Positions 1 through 9,421 of a stretch of 64,000 nucleotides of DNA are shown in pieces. The translations under genes were made by a program, and so were the position numbers. Every line of letters begins with the position of its first letter. The first letter of the stretch is position 1. This stretch comes from Deltaproteobacteria bacterium (GTDB taxonomy: Bacteria; Myxococcota_A; UBA9160; SZUA-336): the NCBI GenBank assembly GCA_004356455.1, contig SMWZ01000147.1, forward strand, positions 128 through 64,127, written 5' to 3'. Below the pieces are notes generated by a model, which saw only the letters and a list, made by a program, of their open reading frames with translations, was not told the origin of the DNA and did not search any database.

Positions 1-61
1 CAATCGGCCTCGGGGTCTTGAGTTCCCTAATCGCGCTCGATCGTTCAGACTCGGGTTCCCG

Positions 62-1264
62 ATGGCGCGCCTGGACACATTCCCCGACGGCTATCGCCAG
101 CACCTGCTGGAGGTGGCCTGCCCGAGCTTCGATGAGACGCCGTTCGTGCCCGGCCCGTCCCTGGCGGAGCGCCGTGTAGCCATCATCTCCACCGCGGGGC
201 TCTACGTGCGCGGGGACCGTCCCTTCACCAGCATCGCCAGCGATTACCGCATCGTGCCGGGCGACGTGAAGGCCAACGATCTGCTGATGAGCCACATCTC
301 GGTCAACTACGATCGCAGCGGCTTTCAGCAGGACTGGAACGTGGTCTTCCCGATCGACCGTCTGCGCGAGCTGGCCGAGCGCGGCCAGATCGGCTCGGTC
401 GCCGACTTCCACTACTCGTTCATGGGTGCGGTCGGTCCGGAGCAGCTGGAGCCGAGCGCGGGGGAGCTGGCCGGACTGCTGCGGCGCGATGGCGTGACCG
501 CGGCGCTCTTGATTCCGGTCTGACCCATGTGCACGCGCGCCGTGGGCGCGCTCGGACACTACCTGGAGCGGGGCGGCGTGCCCACGACCCAGATCAGCCT
601 CATCCGCGAGCACAGCGAACGCATTCGCCCGCCGCGCGCGCTCTGGGTGCCGTTCGAGCTGGGGCGTCCCTTCGGCGTGCCCCACGATGCCGCCTTCCAG
701 ACGCGCGTGCTCGAGGCCGCGTTGCGCTTGCTCGCGGCCGCTTCGGGTCCGGTGCTGGCCGACTTTCCCGAAGACGCGCCCGATGTGCAGGCCGATTCCG
801 GGCCCTGGGCCTGCCCGCTTCCGCTCCCCGCACCGGTGCCACAGGAAGGTGACGCCGGTAAGCTGCAGCAGGCCTTCGCGCGCGAGTTCGCGCAGCTGCT
901 TCCCTGGTACACGCTGGCCCGCCAGAGCCGGAAGCGCACCACGCTGGGCCTCTCGGGCCTGCCGCCGGAGGAGATCGGCCCGTTTGTGGCGCGCTTCCTG
1001 GAGGATCCGCTGCCGTCGAGTCCGCGCGACGATCTCCCGCTCGGCGCGATCTTCAAGCTCGCGGCGGAGGACCTGAAGGCGCTCTACATCGAGGCGGTGA
1101 CGGCGCAGCCGGCCGGCCCGACGGAGCTCGCGCGCTGGTTCTGGAACGAGACCCATGCTGGGGAGCTGCTGCGGGCTCTGCGCACCAAGCTCGCGCAGAG
1201 CGATGATCCGATGCTCAAGCTGGTCGCGAACATCGCCCTCGTGCCCGCGCTGCTCCCACCCTGA
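62..1264 (+). CDS. PrdB/GrdB-family (D-proline/glycine/sarcosine/betaine reductase component B-like) selenoprotein; ORFs 62-523 and 527-1264 joined by an in-frame UGA (Sec) at 521-523
   Basis: The two tracked ORFs share a frame (527-62=465). The junction reads ALLIPV-U-PMCTRAVG, matching the U-x-x-C-T-R context I recall for PrdB/GrdB. It is preceded by the family-like block NVVFPIDRLRELAERGQIGS. A GC hairpin starts 11 nt after the UGA. Confidence 0.7.
535..551 (+). promoter_or_regulatory. candidate bacterial SECIS hairpin (GCGCGCC-GUG-GGCGCGC)
   Basis: Perfect 7-bp inverted repeat beginning 11 nt 3' of the UGA at 521-523, with G/U in the apical loop. The spacing fits bacterial SECIS geometry. 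Confidence 0.5.
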
Positions 1265-1338
1265 GTGCTTACGACGTTTTCTCTAGCAGGCCCGTCCCGG
1301 TCCGTAGTCCATCTGGGTTCCGCTTTGCTCGAGTCGGG

Positions 1339-1707
1339 TCAGCCCACGAGCTCGAAGATGCGCTCGGGCGGGCGACCGACTACGGCCCGAGCCTTCGTCA
1401 CCAGGATGGGGCGCTCGATCAGGATAGGGGAGCCTGCCATCGCCGCGAGGATCTCTGCTTCGCTCGAGTCGGGGTCCAGCCCCACCTCCTTGTAGGCGGA
1501 CTCCGCGCGGCGTACCCACTCTCGCGCGGGAAGGCCGAGCCGCTGGGCCAGCTCGTGCAGCTCGTCGGGCGAGAGCGGCTCGTCCAGATAACGGCGCTCC
1601 CGGTATGCGATGTCGTTCTTTTCGAGCAGTGCGCCCGCCGCACGGCTCTTGGAGCAGCGCGGGTTGTGCAGCAGCGTGAGCTCGTCGGGAAAGAGGTTCG
1701 TCGTCAG
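1339..1707 (-). CDS. arsC: ArsC-family (glutaredoxin-type arsenate reductase / YfgD-like) protein; start codon non-canonical or unresolved
   Basis: My manual minus-strand translation gives ..ELTLLHNPRCSKSRAAGALLEKNDIAYRERRYLDEPLSPDELHELAQRLGL..SPILIERPILV..VVGRPPERIFELVG*. HNPRCSKSR and ERPI are ArsC-family motifs. The ORF is missing from the track because there is no ATG/GTG/TTG upstream of the motif. Confidence 0.75.
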   Translation of the reverse strand: MTTNLFPDELTLLHNPRCSKSRAAGALLEKNDIAYRERRYLDEPLSPDELHELAQRLGLPAREWVRRAESAYKEVGLDPDSSEAEILAAMAGSPILIERPILVTKARAVVGRPPERIFELVG

Positions 1708-2381
1708 GCTTTCACCGGCGGGTGGCGTTTGATCGAGAGCGGGCGGTCCGGAGGCAGAAACACGCGGTCGTCGTGATCCTCGCGGATGATCTGCATCATG
1801 GGTAAAAGGATCCGTGCCAGGATCTTAACGTCGTCAAGCGCGTCGTGGCGGCGCAGACCCTCGATGTTGACCTGGAAGCGCTGGATCAGCGCGCTCGTGC
1901 TCCAGCGTCCCTCCGGCTCGCCCAAGAGTGCCGTGGCCAGCACCACCGAATCCAGTGTGGCGGGGAGGGTGGTGGGCAGGCCGTGGCGTGCCAGCTCGGT
2001 CTCGAGCAGCGGTATGTCGAACTCGAACACGCTCTGACCGATCCAGAAGGCCGAGCCCCGGGCCGCCGCCTGGCAGTCCCTCCACGCATCAGGAAAGGGA
2101 GGTGCGTCCTTCAGCTTCTCGAGCGTAATGCCGGTGAGCTCCTCGACCTCCTTCGAGATCTCGACACCCTCCCCGGGATGGACGAGCTGCACGAAGGCCT
2201 CCTCCTCGAGGATCTTACCGCCCTCGATGGGAAGGCCGGCGATCTGGGTGACACGCTCTCGCGTGGTATCCAGACCGGTGGCCTCGAGATCGTAAACCCA
2301 GATCCGCAGCGAGGAGAAGGCGCGGATCTCGAGGTCGGACACCTCGTAGAGGTCATCCGAGACGGGCTGAATGCGCAGCAT
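1704..2381 (-). CDS. DEDDh 3'-5' exonuclease (DnaQ/epsilon-like domain)
   Basis: WVYDLEATGLD (ExoI), IGQSVFEFDIPLL and HDALDDV (ExoIII) motifs. The start was trimmed to ATG 2381 (MLRIQPV), 9 nt after the upstream stop. The longer tracked N-terminus is Arg/Ala-rich and overlaps the neighbouring gene. Confidence 0.85.
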   Translation of the reverse strand: MLRIQPVSDDLYEVSDLEIRAFSSLRIWVYDLEATGLDTTRERVTQIAGLPIEGGKILEEEAFVQLVHPGEGVEISKEVEELTGITLEKLKDAPPFPDAWRDCQAAARGSAFWIGQSVFEFDIPLLETELARHGLPTTLPATLDSVVLATALLGEPEGRWSTSALIQRFQVNIEGLRRHDALDDVKILARILLPMMQIIREDHDDRVFLPPDRPLSIKRHPPVKA

Positions 2382-2389
2382 GGGGTGCG

Positions 2390-3184
2390 TCAACGGGACG
2401 CGCTCCGCTCGCGAAAGGCATCCACCAGCCTCTGGGGTCCCGCGGCCATCAGAGGCTGGAGCAGCACGTCGGCCTGATTGTAGCGGCGTGGCCCTGTGGC
2501 CAGCGTGACGAACGTACCTCCGGCCTCGCGCAGCAGCAGGTCGCCTCCGCACACGTCCCACTCGCTCTTGGGCGCGGCCGAGATCCAGAAGTCCGCCCGC
2601 CCCGCGGCCACGAGCGCGAGCTTGAGGGCCACCGAGCCCAGCGGCCGCACCTCCTTGAAGAGTTCCTTGTAGGGATCCATCTGCCCCCGGCTCAGTTCGC
2701 TGCGACTCGACAGCACGACGGCCTGATCGAGTCGTCCCACTCCCGAGACCTGGGTGGGCGCATCATCCAGGTACGTCCCCGCGCCTCGGCAGCCCCAGTA
2801 GCACTCACGCGTGAGCGGCTGGTAAACGACGCCCAGCACGGGCTCGCCGCCGAGAGCGAGGCCGATCGAGACCGCGAACTCGGGGATCCCCTGGATGAAC
2901 TCCTTGGTTCCATCCAGCGGATCGATGATCCAGAGGCGCTCGGCGTCCAGGCGTCCGGGCGCATCACGCGTCTCCTCTGACAGGATCGCGTCCTCGGGAA
3001 AGCTCTCATGCAGCACCGCGCATATGGCCTCGTTCGCCTCCAGATCGGCGCGGGTCACGGGGCTGTCCTCGGCCTTGTCCCAGCTCTCGCGGTCGGTCTG
3101 ACAGTGGCGCGCGATGATCTCGCCCGCGGCTCGAGCCGCTTTGCGGGCGGCGGCTACTTCGCGCTCGAACTCGAGCTTCATCAT
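2390..3184 (-). CDS. inositol monophosphatase family / CysQ-like 3'(2'),5'-bisphosphate nucleotidase
   Basis: Motifs SPVTRADL, LSEE, WIIDPLDGTKEF and WDVCGG are typical of the IMPase/CysQ fold. Confidence 0.85.
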   Translation of the reverse strand: MMKLEFEREVAAARKAARAAGEIIARHCQTDRESWDKAEDSPVTRADLEANEAICAVLHESFPEDAILSEETRDAPGRLDAERLWIIDPLDGTKEFIQGIPEFAVSIGLALGGEPVLGVVYQPLTRECYWGCRGAGTYLDDAPTQVSGVGRLDQAVVLSSRSELSRGQMDPYKELFKEVRPLGSVALKLALVAAGRADFWISAAPKSEWDVCGGDLLLREAGGTFVTLATGPRRYNQADVLLQPLMAAGPQRLVDAFRERSASR

Positions 3185-4920
3185 TCGCGCGAGTTCGGCC
3201 GGCTCGGACGGTTCTTAGAGCGGCGACGCCGACGGCGCAGCTTGGGCTCGCAGATGTCGCACACGCCGCAGGGGGTGGGCTCGGCGTCCTCGAAGTAGCG
3301 GCGGATCGCCATCACGTGGCACTCCTCCCCTTCCGCGTAGTTGACCATTCCGTCGAGCCGGCGGCGGTCCGTTGTGCGGCGCTCTTCGTTGCGACGACTC
3401 AGCAGCTTGACCGCGTCCTGCACCCGAAGTTCGCCTGCGAGCATGAACCCAGCATCATCGTGCGTCACCACTCCCGCTTCGCGCAGGCCCTCGAGCACGG
3501 CCTTGGTGCGTGTCACGCCGACCTCGGTCGACATGGCCAGTACCGCGGCGTCCACGGGCCGGTTGTCCGCGCTCCAGGCGGAGAGCCCGGTAACCACCTT
3601 ATGGATCTGCGAACGGCTGGCGGGACCGTCGGACAGGAAGTGGCGCTGAACCGCGAGGTCTTCGGGGTAATAGAGCAGGATGCAGCGTGCGGGCAGGCCG
3701 TCGCGTCCGCCCCGGCCCGCCTCCTGCACGTAGGCCTCGAGCGAGCCGGGGACCTGATAGTGGATCACGTAGCGGATATCGGGCTTGTCCACCCCCAGAC
3801 CGAAGGCGCTGGTCGCGATCATCACGATGCGCTTGCCCGAAGACATGAAGCGCTTGTGGGCGTGGTCGCGCTCGGACTTGGTGAGCCGTCCGTGATAGAT
3901 CTCGGCAGGAATGCGCGCCAGCTTGCACAGCGCGCCCAGGTCCTCAACCTCCTTCACCGTCGCGCAGTAAACGATTCCCGGCCGGCGCAGCCGTCGCAGG
4001 TGCTGAATCAGCTCGCGCCGCTTCATGTCCTCCGAGTCGCAGTCCACGACCTCGAAGCGCAGATTGGGCCGCGCCACCGGCCGCACCACTATTACCGCAT
4101 CGCGCAGGCCCAGGCGCTTGACGATCTCCTCACGCACCAGCGGCGGGGCGGTGGCCGTGAGCGCCAGCACGGGCGGACGTCCGAGGTCCTTCGCTAAGGC
4201 GCCGAGCGCGAGGTACGAGGGACGGAAATCATGCCCCCACTCGGATACGCAGTGCGCCTCGTCCACGACCAGCAGCGAGACGCTGTTGTCGCTCAGTCGC
4301 TGCTTGAAGCGCGACCCTGTGGCACCCTCGGGCGTGATCAGGACGATCTTCTGCTCCCCCTCCTCGAGCAGCGTGAGTGCCTCTTCGCGCTGCGTTCCCG
4401 TGAGCGAGCTGTCGAGACGCACAGTCTCGATGCCCTGCGCGCGCAGCTTCTCGAACTGATCCCGAATCAGCGCGATCAGCGGCGAGACCACCACGGTCAG
4501 GCCCGGGAGCAGCAGGCTTGGGAGCTGGTAGGTGAGCGATTTGCCGCCACCCGTGGGTAGCACCGCCAGCGTGTCGCGGGCGTCCAGAACCGCGCGCATG
4601 GTTTGCTCCTGGCCGGGTCGGAAGTGACGCAGCCCGAACTCGCGCCGCAGCAGGTCCAGCATCTGTGCGCGGCGTTGGTCCGGGACGCCGCCGCGCCGCC
4701 GGCGGCGACGGTTTCGCGAGCGGGGGCGATCCGAGGGGGCCGGGGCCGGCGTGGCTTCATTGGTCTGCGCCGGCTCACTCGCTGCCATCGGCTCTGCGTC
4801 GGCGCGCAGCTCACCCGGGTCGGACGAGTCCGACGTCATCGCCGTCTCCCCGTTAGGGGAGCGCGCTGGGTTCGGTCCGCGGCGCGGCCGCCGCCGCCTC
4901 GACCGCTTTGTTTTCGCCAT
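3181..4920 (-). CDS. recQ: RecQ-family ATP-dependent DNA helicase with Arg-rich N- and C-terminal tails
   Basis: FRPGQEQ, LPTGGGKSLTYQLP (Walker A), VVDEAHCVSEWGHDFRPSY (DEAH) and a C-terminal CGVCDIC zinc motif. Probable start is ATG 4920 (MAKTKRS). The stop overlaps the downstream start (ATGA at 3181-3184). Confidence 0.9.
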   Translation of the reverse strand: MAKTKRSRRRRPRRGPNPARSPNGETAMTSDSSDPGELRADAEPMAASEPAQTNEATPAPAPSDRPRSRNRRRRRRGGVPDQRRAQMLDLLRREFGLRHFRPGQEQTMRAVLDARDTLAVLPTGGGKSLTYQLPSLLLPGLTVVVSPLIALIRDQFEKLRAQGIETVRLDSSLTGTQREEALTLLEEGEQKIVLITPEGATGSRFKQRLSDNSVSLLVVDEAHCVSEWGHDFRPSYLALGALAKDLGRPPVLALTATAPPLVREEIVKRLGLRDAVIVVRPVARPNLRFEVVDCDSEDMKRRELIQHLRRLRRPGIVYCATVKEVEDLGALCKLARIPAEIYHGRLTKSERDHAHKRFMSSGKRIVMIATSAFGLGVDKPDIRYVIHYQVPGSLEAYVQEAGRGGRDGLPARCILLYYPEDLAVQRHFLSDGPASRSQIHKVVTGLSAWSADNRPVDAAVLAMSTEVGVTRTKAVLEGLREAGVVTHDDAGFMLAGELRVQDAVKLLSRRNEERRTTDRRRLDGMVNYAEGEECHVMAIRRYFEDAEPTPCGVCDICEPKLRRRRRRSKNRPSRPNSRE

Positions 4921-5063
4921 CTGCGGCTGCTCTAAGTGGCCCGTATCCAGGACGCACCTCCGGTAAAAGGGCGCGCACCCCATTATATGACTTGGGGCGC
5001 CGAGCGCCCGTCTAAGCCTGGGCGCGCTTCGCCGCTACCCCCGCCCCTTGCGCGGAGCTTGAG

Positions 5064-5084
5064 TGTACAGCAAAATGCTGTACA
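5064..5084. promoter_or_regulatory. perfect 9-bp inverted repeat TGTACAGCA-AAA-TGCTGTACA, candidate operator
   Basis: AT-richer palindrome ending 1 nt before the ATG at 5086, in the recQ-divergent intergenic region. Confidence 0.5.
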
Positions 5085-5085
5085 A

Positions 5086-6105
<1,020 letters not shown>

Positions 6106-6173
6106 CTGAAGAAGTTGTCAGCTGAACGGGTGCCGCGCAAGCTGATAGGATTGCGCGTGGTGGCGGTGCTCGG

Positions 6174-6971
6174 CTAGGGTCCCGGGCCGGATCCGGGCCA
6201 GACGTCGCCCAGACGGCGGCCGGCGGTGTAGCCGCCGTCGACGACGAGCGAGGCGCCCGTCACGAAGGAGGCATCGTCCGAGGCCAGGAACAGCGCTGCG
6301 CTCGCGACCTCCTCCGGCCGACCGGGGCGGCGCAGCATGTGCATCCTGATGAACTCGTCTCGGAGCGGCTTCAGGGCCTCCGTCTGAAGCACCTCGGTCA
6401 TGGGCGTTTCGATGTAGCCCGGACAGAGGCAGTTCACGCGGATGCCGAGGCCCCCGTAGTCGATGGCCATGTTGCGTGTGAGGAGGACCACGCCGCCCTT
6501 GGAAGCGTTGTACGCGGCCTGGGCCTGGATGGCCTCGAGGCCCTCGATGCTCGCCAGGTTGATGACATTCCCTGAACCCTGCTCCAGCATCCGCTTGAGC
6601 ACGTGCTTCGAGAGCAGGAACGTGCCCTTGAGATTGATGTCGAGCACGCGATCCCAGTCCGCCGCATCGAGCGCATCCACGGTGCCGGCTCCCGACACGC
6701 CGGCGGCGTTTACCAGCACGTCGATGCGACCGAAACGCTCGTTCACGAAGCTGACCGCTTCTTTGATTGCGTCCTCGTCACGCACGTCGACGTCGCGGAA
6801 CACCGTCTCAGAAGCCGCAGCGCGGACCGGCCCCCAGGTCTCCTCGGACGGCTTGGCGATGTCGAAGCCGGCGATGCGCGCGCCCTCCTGGGCGAAGCGC
6901 AGCGCACACGCTGCGCCGATGCCCGAAGCGGCCCCGCTGATCAATGCAACCCTGCCCTCGAGTCGGCTCAT
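6174..6971 (-). CDS. SDR-family oxidoreductase (classical short-chain dehydrogenase)
   Basis: ISGAASGIGAA (TGxxxGxG), NAAG and YNASKGG (YxxxK) motifs. Confidence 0.9.
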   Translation of the reverse strand: MSRLEGRVALISGAASGIGAACALRFAQEGARIAGFDIAKPSEETWGPVRAAASETVFRDVDVRDEDAIKEAVSFVNERFGRIDVLVNAAGVSGAGTVDALDAADWDRVLDINLKGTFLLSKHVLKRMLEQGSGNVINLASIEGLEAIQAQAAYNASKGGVVLLTRNMAIDYGGLGIRVNCLCPGYIETPMTEVLQTEALKPLRDEFIRMHMLRRPGRPEEVASAALFLASDDASFVTGASLVVDGGYTAGRRLGDVWPGSGPGP

Positions 6972-7029
6972 GCCTTACCTCCAGCACGAGTCTGCCATAA
7001 GCGGAGCGTGAGCAACGCTGCGGGTGGGC

Positions 7030-7839
7030 TCAGGAGGCGCAGTCGTCGGACGGAGGCCAGTGGAGCAGGACGTGGGCGTAGCGGCTCGAATCCAGGTCGG
7101 CGTGGCTGCGGTCGAAGTAATCCTGCCAGAAGCCACTGATCTGTCTGGCCATCTCCGCCGACTCCGCCGTCACCGCCGACACGTAGACGCATACGCCGGA
7201 GAGGTCGGGGATCAGGCCCTTTAGCTGCAGCTCTGCCAGCAGCTCCTGCTTCTTCTCCGGGGTCCAGGAAATCCGGTCAAAGCGATAGGGCGGATAGTCG
7301 ACGATCATGTCCGACATCAGGATCAGAATCTTGCGTCGCTCCGTGGCTTGGAAGAGCTTCTTGGCCATGAGCAGCGAGCTGAAGATGTCGGTCTTGTTGC
7401 TGGAGCCAGCCTTCAGCAGCATCTCCGGCAGCTGGGCTCGGATCTTCTCCCTGAGCTCGTCTGCCTTCCTCTCGCTCGCCTTCAGCTCGCGTTCGTGGCG
7501 CATGGTGTTGTCCAGCCATCTGTTGAACTCGGGCTGCGGCGGAAAGGTCTCATCCAGCAGAGCATGGAAGCTCGTGAGGGTCTCCTCGTTGATGGGGGCG
7601 ACCAGGATGCGATCTCCGGCCGCGAGCGAGGGGATGATCGTGTCTGCGAAGTCATGCTCGATCAGGGCCCGATTCTCGGCGCCCATGCTCCCCGAGAAGT
7701 CCACGAAGATGATGATCTCGTTGCCAACATTCCTCGTGGACTCCGCGGACACGAAGCAGCCCGTCAGGAGAGCCCCTGCCAGCGCCAGCACGGAAACGCC
7801 GGCTACGAGCTGCTTGAGCGCAAGGGACGTGGACGTCAT
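7030..7839 (-). CDS. vWA-domain lipoprotein with complete MIDAS motif
   Basis: Signal peptide plus lipobox (ALLTGC). IIIFVDFSGSM (DxSxS), NKTDIF (Thr) and LILMSDMIVD (Asp). The start overlaps the upstream stop (ATGA at 7836-7839). Confidence 0.7.
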   Translation of the reverse strand: MTSTSLALKQLVAGVSVLALAGALLTGCFVSAESTRNVGNEIIIFVDFSGSMGAENRALIEHDFADTIIPSLAAGDRILVAPINEETLTSFHALLDETFPPQPEFNRWLDNTMRHERELKASERKADELREKIRAQLPEMLLKAGSSNKTDIFSSLLMAKKLFQATERRKILILMSDMIVDYPPYRFDRISWTPEKKQELLAELQLKGLIPDLSGVCVYVSAVTAESAEMARQISGFWQDYFDRSHADLDSSRYAHVLLHWPPSDDCAS

Positions 7840-8849
7840 CCGCTTGACTGACTCCCGGAGCTGATGTCGACCTCAGGCCACCACTCCAGCGACTTGTACT
7901 CCGGATCCTTCCTGAAGGCGGGCGGCGGCAAGAAGCTGCGGAAGCGCACGTTGGTGCTGCGGTACAGGGCGATGCGTTGACTGGAGAGCGCTCTCGCCCG
8001 CTCAATCCGGCTCTTCGCTCCCTGGATCTCCCCGTTGAGCTTGGTTCCGAGCAGCAAGCGCTGCTTGCGAACCTTGTTGGCGTGCTTATCCAGGAACATG
8101 AGGGAGCTGTGGCTGGAGTCCAGCTTCTCGTCCTGATCATGGGACAGGTAGGAGCTCACCGTCGCTGCGCAGAACACCAGGGCGTTGAGAGCGAAGAGGG
8201 CGTAAGCCAATCCGTCCGCGCTCGCCAACATGGGATCTGCCCCGGTGGCCGCTTGAGCCTCGATATAGCCCTGGCGCATGCTGCTGATCGCAATCAGGGC
8301 CGCAGCCGCAGAAACTGGAGTGATGAATCCGACCACGATGTTTCCGGCTCTTGGCGGAACCGACTGCCTCAGGTGAATGCCGATGAAGAGCCCGAGCAGG
8401 GGGATGGTGATGGCGAGGGTGGATGCCATGATATAGGTCAGGAATTCCGACTCGCCGAAGAGCCGGAACACGATGGTGTTCAGGGGGAATTCGCCGATCG
8501 CCAGGAAGATGATCAGCGCCACGTGATACTTGTAAGGGAATCGACTGTTGAAGTCCCGCCCCAGCTCGGCTTTTCTCGCCTTGTAGATCTTGCCCGCCGC
8601 CTGAAGGCGGCTCTCGAGATCGTTGTAGCGTCCCTGATAGGCCTCGTAGAACGGGCGCAGCTTGGCGATCCGCAGCGAGGCTTTCTCGTAGATCAGCTGG
8701 ACTGCCTGCTCCCCGTGGGCGACCAAGGCCTGCTCGAACTGGGCCGGCTGGTACGACCCCATGTCGGGGATATTCTTCTCGCCGTCCATCTGGCCTTCGA
8801 GCTCGATCCGGCGCTCGTTGGTGAACGGACTGGAGCCCTTTCCGAACAT
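7836..8849 (-). CDS. hypothetical 4-TM membrane protein with N- and C-terminal coiled-coil-like segments
   Basis: Four hydrophobic helices (about aa 110-235) are flanked by heptad-like charged regions. I recognise no family. Confidence 0.6.
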   Translation of the reverse strand: MFGKGSSPFTNERRIELEGQMDGEKNIPDMGSYQPAQFEQALVAHGEQAVQLIYEKASLRIAKLRPFYEAYQGRYNDLESRLQAAGKIYKARKAELGRDFNSRFPYKYHVALIIFLAIGEFPLNTIVFRLFGESEFLTYIMASTLAITIPLLGLFIGIHLRQSVPPRAGNIVVGFITPVSAAAALIAISSMRQGYIEAQAATGADPMLASADGLAYALFALNALVFCAATVSSYLSHDQDEKLDSSHSSLMFLDKHANKVRKQRLLLGTKLNGEIQGAKSRIERARALSSQRIALYRSTNVRFRSFLPPPAFRKDPEYKSLEWWPEVDISSGSQSSG

Positions 8850-8872
8850 CGCTTCTCCCTGCCGCCGACGGC

Positions 8873-9190
8873 CTAGGTATCTACTTCGTGCTTCTTGAGC
8901 GTGGAGGCAAGCTCGTCAATCAGGAACTTCACGCTGTCCAGCACCGCGTCCTCCGTCGAGGAAATGTCACCCACCCGTCTCATCATGACCTGATAGTCGG
9001 CCTTCAGCTGCGACATCGTCTGGTGGATGCGATCCAGTGTCTGCCGCAGCTCGTCCCGCTCTGACTTGAGAGAGCCCCAGCGTTTGAGCAGCGCCTCCAG
9101 CTGCTTGCGCATCTCTCCCGAGTGCTCGACCAGCTCCCGGTACTCAGTGATCGCCTCGAGGATTCGTTTGACCTCGCCATCGTTCAGCAT
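8873..9190 (-). CDS. hypothetical small coiled-coil protein
   Basis: Highly helical, charged sequence. Start chosen at ATG 9190 (MLNDGEV), preceded by AGGAGGGTGGGAG. The tracked ORF extends to 9229. Confidence 0.55.
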   Translation of the reverse strand: MLNDGEVKRILEAITEYRELVEHSGEMRKQLEALLKRWGSLKSERDELRQTLDRIHQTMSQLKADYQVMMRRVGDISSTEDAVLDSVKFLIDELASTLKKHEVDT

Positions 9191-9421
9191 CTCCCACCCT
9201 CCTAAGTTCGCGGGCCGCATGAGCTGCATCTGTTCGGGGAACTCGATGCCGTCGGCGCCCCTAGAAGATCAGCTCTCCGGGGGGTTATCGACGCGAGATG
9301 CGAGCGACTTGACGCTCGTCCCGGGCCCGGCAGAGCCCTCGCCGTTGCAGGTCGATGCAAGGCTCAGCTGGGTCGACTTTGGGACAGGAGCGGAAGCCAG
9401 CGCGCTGCTGCGCGCACAGGG

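Noticed and set aside
5064-5084. Whether the palindrome upstream of recQ is a LexA/SOS box
   Set aside because: The sequence contains ACAG..CTGT, the inverse of the E. coli CTGT-N8-ACAG arrangement. It does not match the other LexA box types I can recall (GAAC-N4-GTTC, GTTC-N7-GTTC, and the Myxococcus-type consensus). An operator for the adjacent RHH-like protein is the simpler reading.
9380-9421. Partial resemblance (CTGCGCGCAC plus a GCGCGC hairpin) to the 64-bp element just downstream of the di-iron gene
   Set aside because: Only the TGCGCGCAC linker and a generic GC hairpin match. The TAGCGCGTTA head and the second hairpin are absent. I treat it as an ordinary terminator-like hairpin.
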